A stretch of DNA of 64,000 nt, taken from assembly GCF_000738915.1 (NCBI RefSeq), contig NW_026515636.1, positions 273,175 to 337,174 of the forward strand. Reading direction: 5' to 3'. Position numbers and translations under genes: made by a program. Positions within the stretch are counted from its first letter, which is position 1. Every line of letters begins with the position of its first letter. The stretch comes from Nematocida ausubeli (taxonomy: Eukaryota). The notes beneath the pieces are model-generated. The model was not told where the DNA came from and made no database searches. It saw nothing but the letters and a program-made list of their open reading frames with translations. This document shows positions 62,616-64,000 of the stretch, piece by piece.

Positions 62616-63587
62616 AGCTCTGAAAAGACATTTCCTTTTCTTGTATAGTGAGCATATATTATAAAAGTCCACCATAAAGTATTTATAGGAAAAGAGGATT
62701 CGCAGTAGTGTATTATAACATATATGTGGTAAGAATAAACTGGTCTGGTCAGCAGATGTCTTTTTTCTTATGTCTTTCTCATTTTTGCAGAACTCTATTG
62801 TTTTTGTGCTCTTTTCTCTGCCTTTGTAGTTTTTATGACACTGGTCTTCCATTCAAGAATGCTTTTCATGATAGAGTGCTCTTTATGAAAATGTACTACT
62901 ACTATCACGATATTTTTTTCATATACAACCCATAGTACGCCATGGCTGGCCTTTTTAATTGGAGAAATACGAACTGCTTCACACCAATCCCTTATTTCTT
63001 CTACTAGTTTATGTGCTATTTTTAAATCATACTTTTTTATGTGTAAGTAGACTATTGCATATAATATAACGATATATACAACAAGGAAGACAGATAAAAC
63101 AAATAGTTTATCTGAATAATAAAGTTACTATAGTAAAGACTATAGAATCATCTTCTTAATGTGCTTGAAAGTATTTCTTTCTTCCCAACTTAAGTCTTCT
63201 AGGCAGACTTTGTTACTTCTAACTCTATTATATATGTATCTCAGAGATATTACTTAAGAGAAAAATACCGCGTGCTTTCTGTGAAAAATTGAAAATACAA
63301 AATGTGTTCATTATTATAGTTATACTTAGAGACTTTAATTTTTCTATTTTCTTAAGAAACTCAGAAAATAATGAGAAACAGAATTATAGAGCAACTACAT
63401 AGAAATTTAGTAACACATACAGTTTATTTAGCATACTTGTTTTTATTTGTTGAGACTTTATTCTAAATGGATGGATAAAACATATCCATATGGCAAGCCA
63501 TGTCTAGATTAGAATTTGCACTCAAGTATAAAGATTCAGTACATGCAGAACAAGAGATGCAAGTGCGCATATCTTCAGATTGAATCA

Positions 63588-64000
63588 TCAAGAAAAAGGC
63601 CAGTACCAATCAATATAATCTCTTACAGTGTTCACTACTCTTTCATATAAGCTAGGTTTCTTTCCTACTAGTGTGAAATATCTAAGCACTCTATTGTATT
63701 TTTTAACACTTTTACTGTCGCTTTCTATACACAGCAGATCTTTCTCTTTTTCTAAAACACTCAGAACTGTATTCAAATAACCATAATATGGGATTAGATT
63801 AGGATTGTTTCTATCGAACAGATAATCAGAGTGGATAAAGCCATACATCATACTAATAAGCTCGGATGAAGGCATACTCGTTGTGCATGCGTTGACAAAC
63901 CAGATTATGTAGACAACGTTATGAGCTTTAGTGTCTTCCTTATTAGTATGTATTTCAAGTGTAGATCTGATCTGCATAAACTGTGTTATTGATCCTTTCT
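63588..64000 (-). CDS. C-terminal fragment of another NemLGF1-like gene (5' end outside window)
   Basis: Frame is open to the window edge; IIWFVNAC, ELISMMYGFI and LEKEKDLLC...KKYNRVL parallel the C-terminus of 36453-39122. Confidence 0.7.
   Translation of the reverse strand, partial: KGSITQFMQIRSTLEIHTNKEDTKAHNVVYIIWFVNACTTSMPSSELISMMYGFIHSDYLFDRNNPNLIPYYGYLNTVLSVLEKEKDLLCIESDSKSVKKYNRVLRYFTLVGKKPSLYERVVNTVRDYIDWYWPFS

Noticed and set aside
62740..62860. Pyrimidine-rich tract resembling the conserved non-coding element
   Set aside because: Only compositional similarity; the conserved core could not be aligned

Overview
Compact, apparently intron-free eukaryotic DNA typical of a microsporidian, most consistent with Nematocida; the species cannot be determined from sequence alone. 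Housekeeping genes: Mtr4 (3' end), ArfGAP, an MFSD1-like transporter, cyclin B, PAP2 phosphatase, two syntaxins, a nucleoplasmin/FKBP-like chaperone, a homeobox factor, an Sm protein, Nar1, casein kinase I, Sly1, Rsc8/Swi3, Uba1, Rpn5, a PI31-like protein, Sfp1, a Kin1/MARK kinase and 14-3-3. Accessory content: three tandem FAR-17a/AIG1-like genes, five members of a large secreted gene family (NemLGF1-like, one partial), a decayed gag-protease LTR-retrotransposon relic and a conserved non-coding element in three copies. The most unusual structure is two AT-rich domains (~11.2-21.5 kb and ~45.1-50.7 kb) whose intergenic DNA is filled with arrays of a ~21-bp monomer (GTGGATTAAGTCTTGTCA) and a 44/69-bp palindromic derivative. 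These arrays are mostly mirror images around genes and around short non-coding cores, and two genes inside the domains carry in-frame Pol III B-box-like motifs. All family calls come from motif recognition by eye, not database searches, and repeat boundaries are approximate.
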